Both the position numbers and the translations under genes were made by a program. From an uncultured Saprospiraceae bacterium (GTDB lineage: Bacteria; Bacteroidota; Bacteroidia; Chitinophagales; Saprospiraceae): 28,881 nt of DNA. The DNA is taken from NCBI GenBank assembly GCA_964537285.1, contig CAZHZT010000072.1, forward strand, positions 1 through 28,881, in the 5' to 3' direction. The notes under the pieces are model-generated. The model did not search any database, was not told where the DNA came from, and worked only from the letters and a program-made list of their open reading frames with translations. Below are positions 27,881-28,881 of this stretch, piece by piece (position 1 is the first letter of the stretch; each line of letters opens with the position of its first letter).

Positions 27881-28608
27881 CGCAATACCTGAGTTTTTCG
27901 TCGATGAGCAACGGGGATATTCTCGCCATCCTTCATGGTGAGGTATCCGCCGTCTGCTTTGTCAAAAGCAGTGACTTGCGTCATATTTACAAGATAGGAA
28001 TGATGTACCCGCAGAAAACCTTGGTCATGTAGTAGTTGGTCGAACTCCTTTAAGGTACGGGAGACCATAAGCTTTCCAACGTTTTCCACCCGGAAGATGG
28101 TGTAATTGCTATCCGATTGGCAGTAATAAATATCCTGAATCGGCACCACATTAATCTTCTCCGCGGTGTGCAAAGCAATCTTTCTGGGAGCCTGATCAGA
28201 CTTCAACGCATTGAGCAATAATCCTCTACTTTCTGTGCCCGAAAACTGCAGCAAACGTTTGGCTTTTTCAACAGCCTCTTTAAGATCTTCAGGATTGATG
28301 GGCTTCAACAAATAATCAATGGCTGAAAACCTGAAAGCACGAATAGCATGTTCATCCGATACTGTAGTGAAAATTAGTTGAAAATGCATGTCCTCGGGCA
28401 ATATTTCCAGAAGATCAAAGCCCGTACCATCCCCTAGTTCCACATCCAGAAACACAAGATCCGGGTCAAGCTCTTTAATGCACTTAGCCCCCTTTACTAC
28501 ACTATCTGCATGCCCTACAATAGTTACATCAGGACAATAAGTACTTAAGTCCGCTTTCAAGACTTCCAGTGCCTGTGGCATATCTTCAATGATGACTGCT
28601 TTAACCAT
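27862..28608 (-). CDS. LytTR-family two-component response regulator (REC + LytTR DNA-binding domain; 248 aa from MVKAVIIED). The ORF-track start at 28701 would run into the tandem repeats.
   Basis: Receiver 'VIIEDMP...DLVFLDVELGDGTGFDLL' with the phospho-acceptor Asp. C-terminal LytTR region 'IYYCQSDSNYTIFRVENVGKLMVSRTLKEFDQLL...FLRVHHSYLVN'. Confidence 0.85.
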   Translation of the reverse strand: MVKAVIIEDMPQALEVLKADLSTYCPDVTIVGHADSVVKGAKCIKELDPDLVFLDVELGDGTGFDLLEILPEDMHFQLIFTTVSDEHAIRAFRFSAIDYLLKPINPEDLKEAVEKAKRLLQFSGTESRGLLLNALKSDQAPRKIALHTAEKINVVPIQDIYYCQSDSNYTIFRVENVGKLMVSRTLKEFDQLLHDQGFLRVHHSYLVNMTQVTAFDKADGGYLTMKDGENIPVAHRRKTQVLRYIERL

Positions 28609-28626
28609 TTGTATTTGTATTTTAAA

Positions 28627-28881
28627 CTGTTCGGCGAAGGCTACAGCCTTCGCCATTCTAAACGCAAAAATCTGTTTTGCGGACTTGTATAACACTTGCA
28701 TCGTTTGGCGAAGGCTACAGCCTTCGCCATTCTAAACGCAAAAATCTGTCTCGCGGACTTGTATAACACTTGCATCGTTTGGCGAAGGCTACAGCCTTCG
28801 CCATTCTAAACGCAAAAATCTGTCTCGCGGACTTGTATAACACTTGCATCGTTTGGCGAAGGCTACAGCCTTCGCCATTCT
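28627..28881. repeat. Tandem array of a 74-bp unit, at least 3.4 copies, truncated by the window end. Each unit carries the REP-like palindrome GGCGAAGGCTacaAGCCTTCGCC plus an A/T-rich segment with an ACTTG-n6-ACTTG direct repeat. The array begins about 20 bp upstream of the LytTR regulator start codon.
   Basis: The palindrome copies start at 28633, 28707, 28781 and 28855, giving a period of exactly 74. The units are near-identical, with 2-3 substitutions in copy 1. Confidence 0.85.

Noticed and set aside
27673-28032. 119-aa plus-strand ORF
   Set aside because: It overlaps the LytTR regulator gene antisense for 170 nt and begins inside the 137-bp palindrome. It has no motifs.
28627-28881. 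Possible CRISPR array. Regularly spaced palindromic ~23-nt repeats with a 74-bp period.
   Set aside because: The 'spacers' between the palindromes are identical from unit to unit. That makes it a simple tandem duplication, not a CRISPR array with unique spacers. No cas genes are nearby.

Overview
This 28.9-kb window looks like chromosomal DNA from a Bacteroidota-type organism. Lipoprotein-like 'SAQ' signal peptides, one TAnnTTTG-type -7 box, and the DUF5606, TIGR02757 and OlsB-like families all point that way. GC content is moderate. The window carries 17-18 plausible protein genes. The housekeeping set is: a DUF5606-like protein, a family-4/5-like uracil-DNA glycosylase, a TIGR02757 protein, a GT2 glycosyltransferase, Lon protease, a carboxypeptidase-regulatory-domain secreted protein, the fused isobutyryl-CoA mutase IcmF, a CBS-pair protein, an OlsB/PlsC-like fused acyltransferase, a YbdL-like aminotransferase, a flavin-reductase-like protein, a secreted hypothetical protein, a large VIT+vWA exported protein, and an orphan LytTR response regulator.

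The most interesting content is a co-directional three-gene cluster at 11.1-19.0 kb. It encodes a YqiJ/NfeD-like membrane protein with an acidic DxD repeat, an unusually long flotillin/SPFH (YqiK-like) protein, and a 1.6-kDa-class (1,626-aa) protein. That giant protein has about 1,250 N-terminal residues of unrecognisable sequence followed by a MoxR/AAA_5-like AAA+ module with Walker A GYGKTS, Walker B LDD, sensor AGNP and an ANRAD Arg-finger region.

The intergenic space is unusually rich in structured palindromic repeats:
- a REP/BIME-like family (GGCGAAGGCT-nnn-AGCCTTCGCC) between the flotillin and the giant ATPase gene, and again as a 74-bp tandem array of at least 3.4 copies running off the window end upstream of the LytTR regulator;
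- two copies of a ~110-bp palindromic element, in opposite orientation, bracketing 13.7 kb;
- a 40-nt hairpin present twice, with compensatory stem changes;
- a MITE-like element with 27-bp perfect terminal inverted repeats upstream of lon;
- a 137-bp near-perfect palindrome;
- a shared 15/16-mer.

No rRNA, tRNA, CRISPR array or recognisable transposase/integrase gene is visible.
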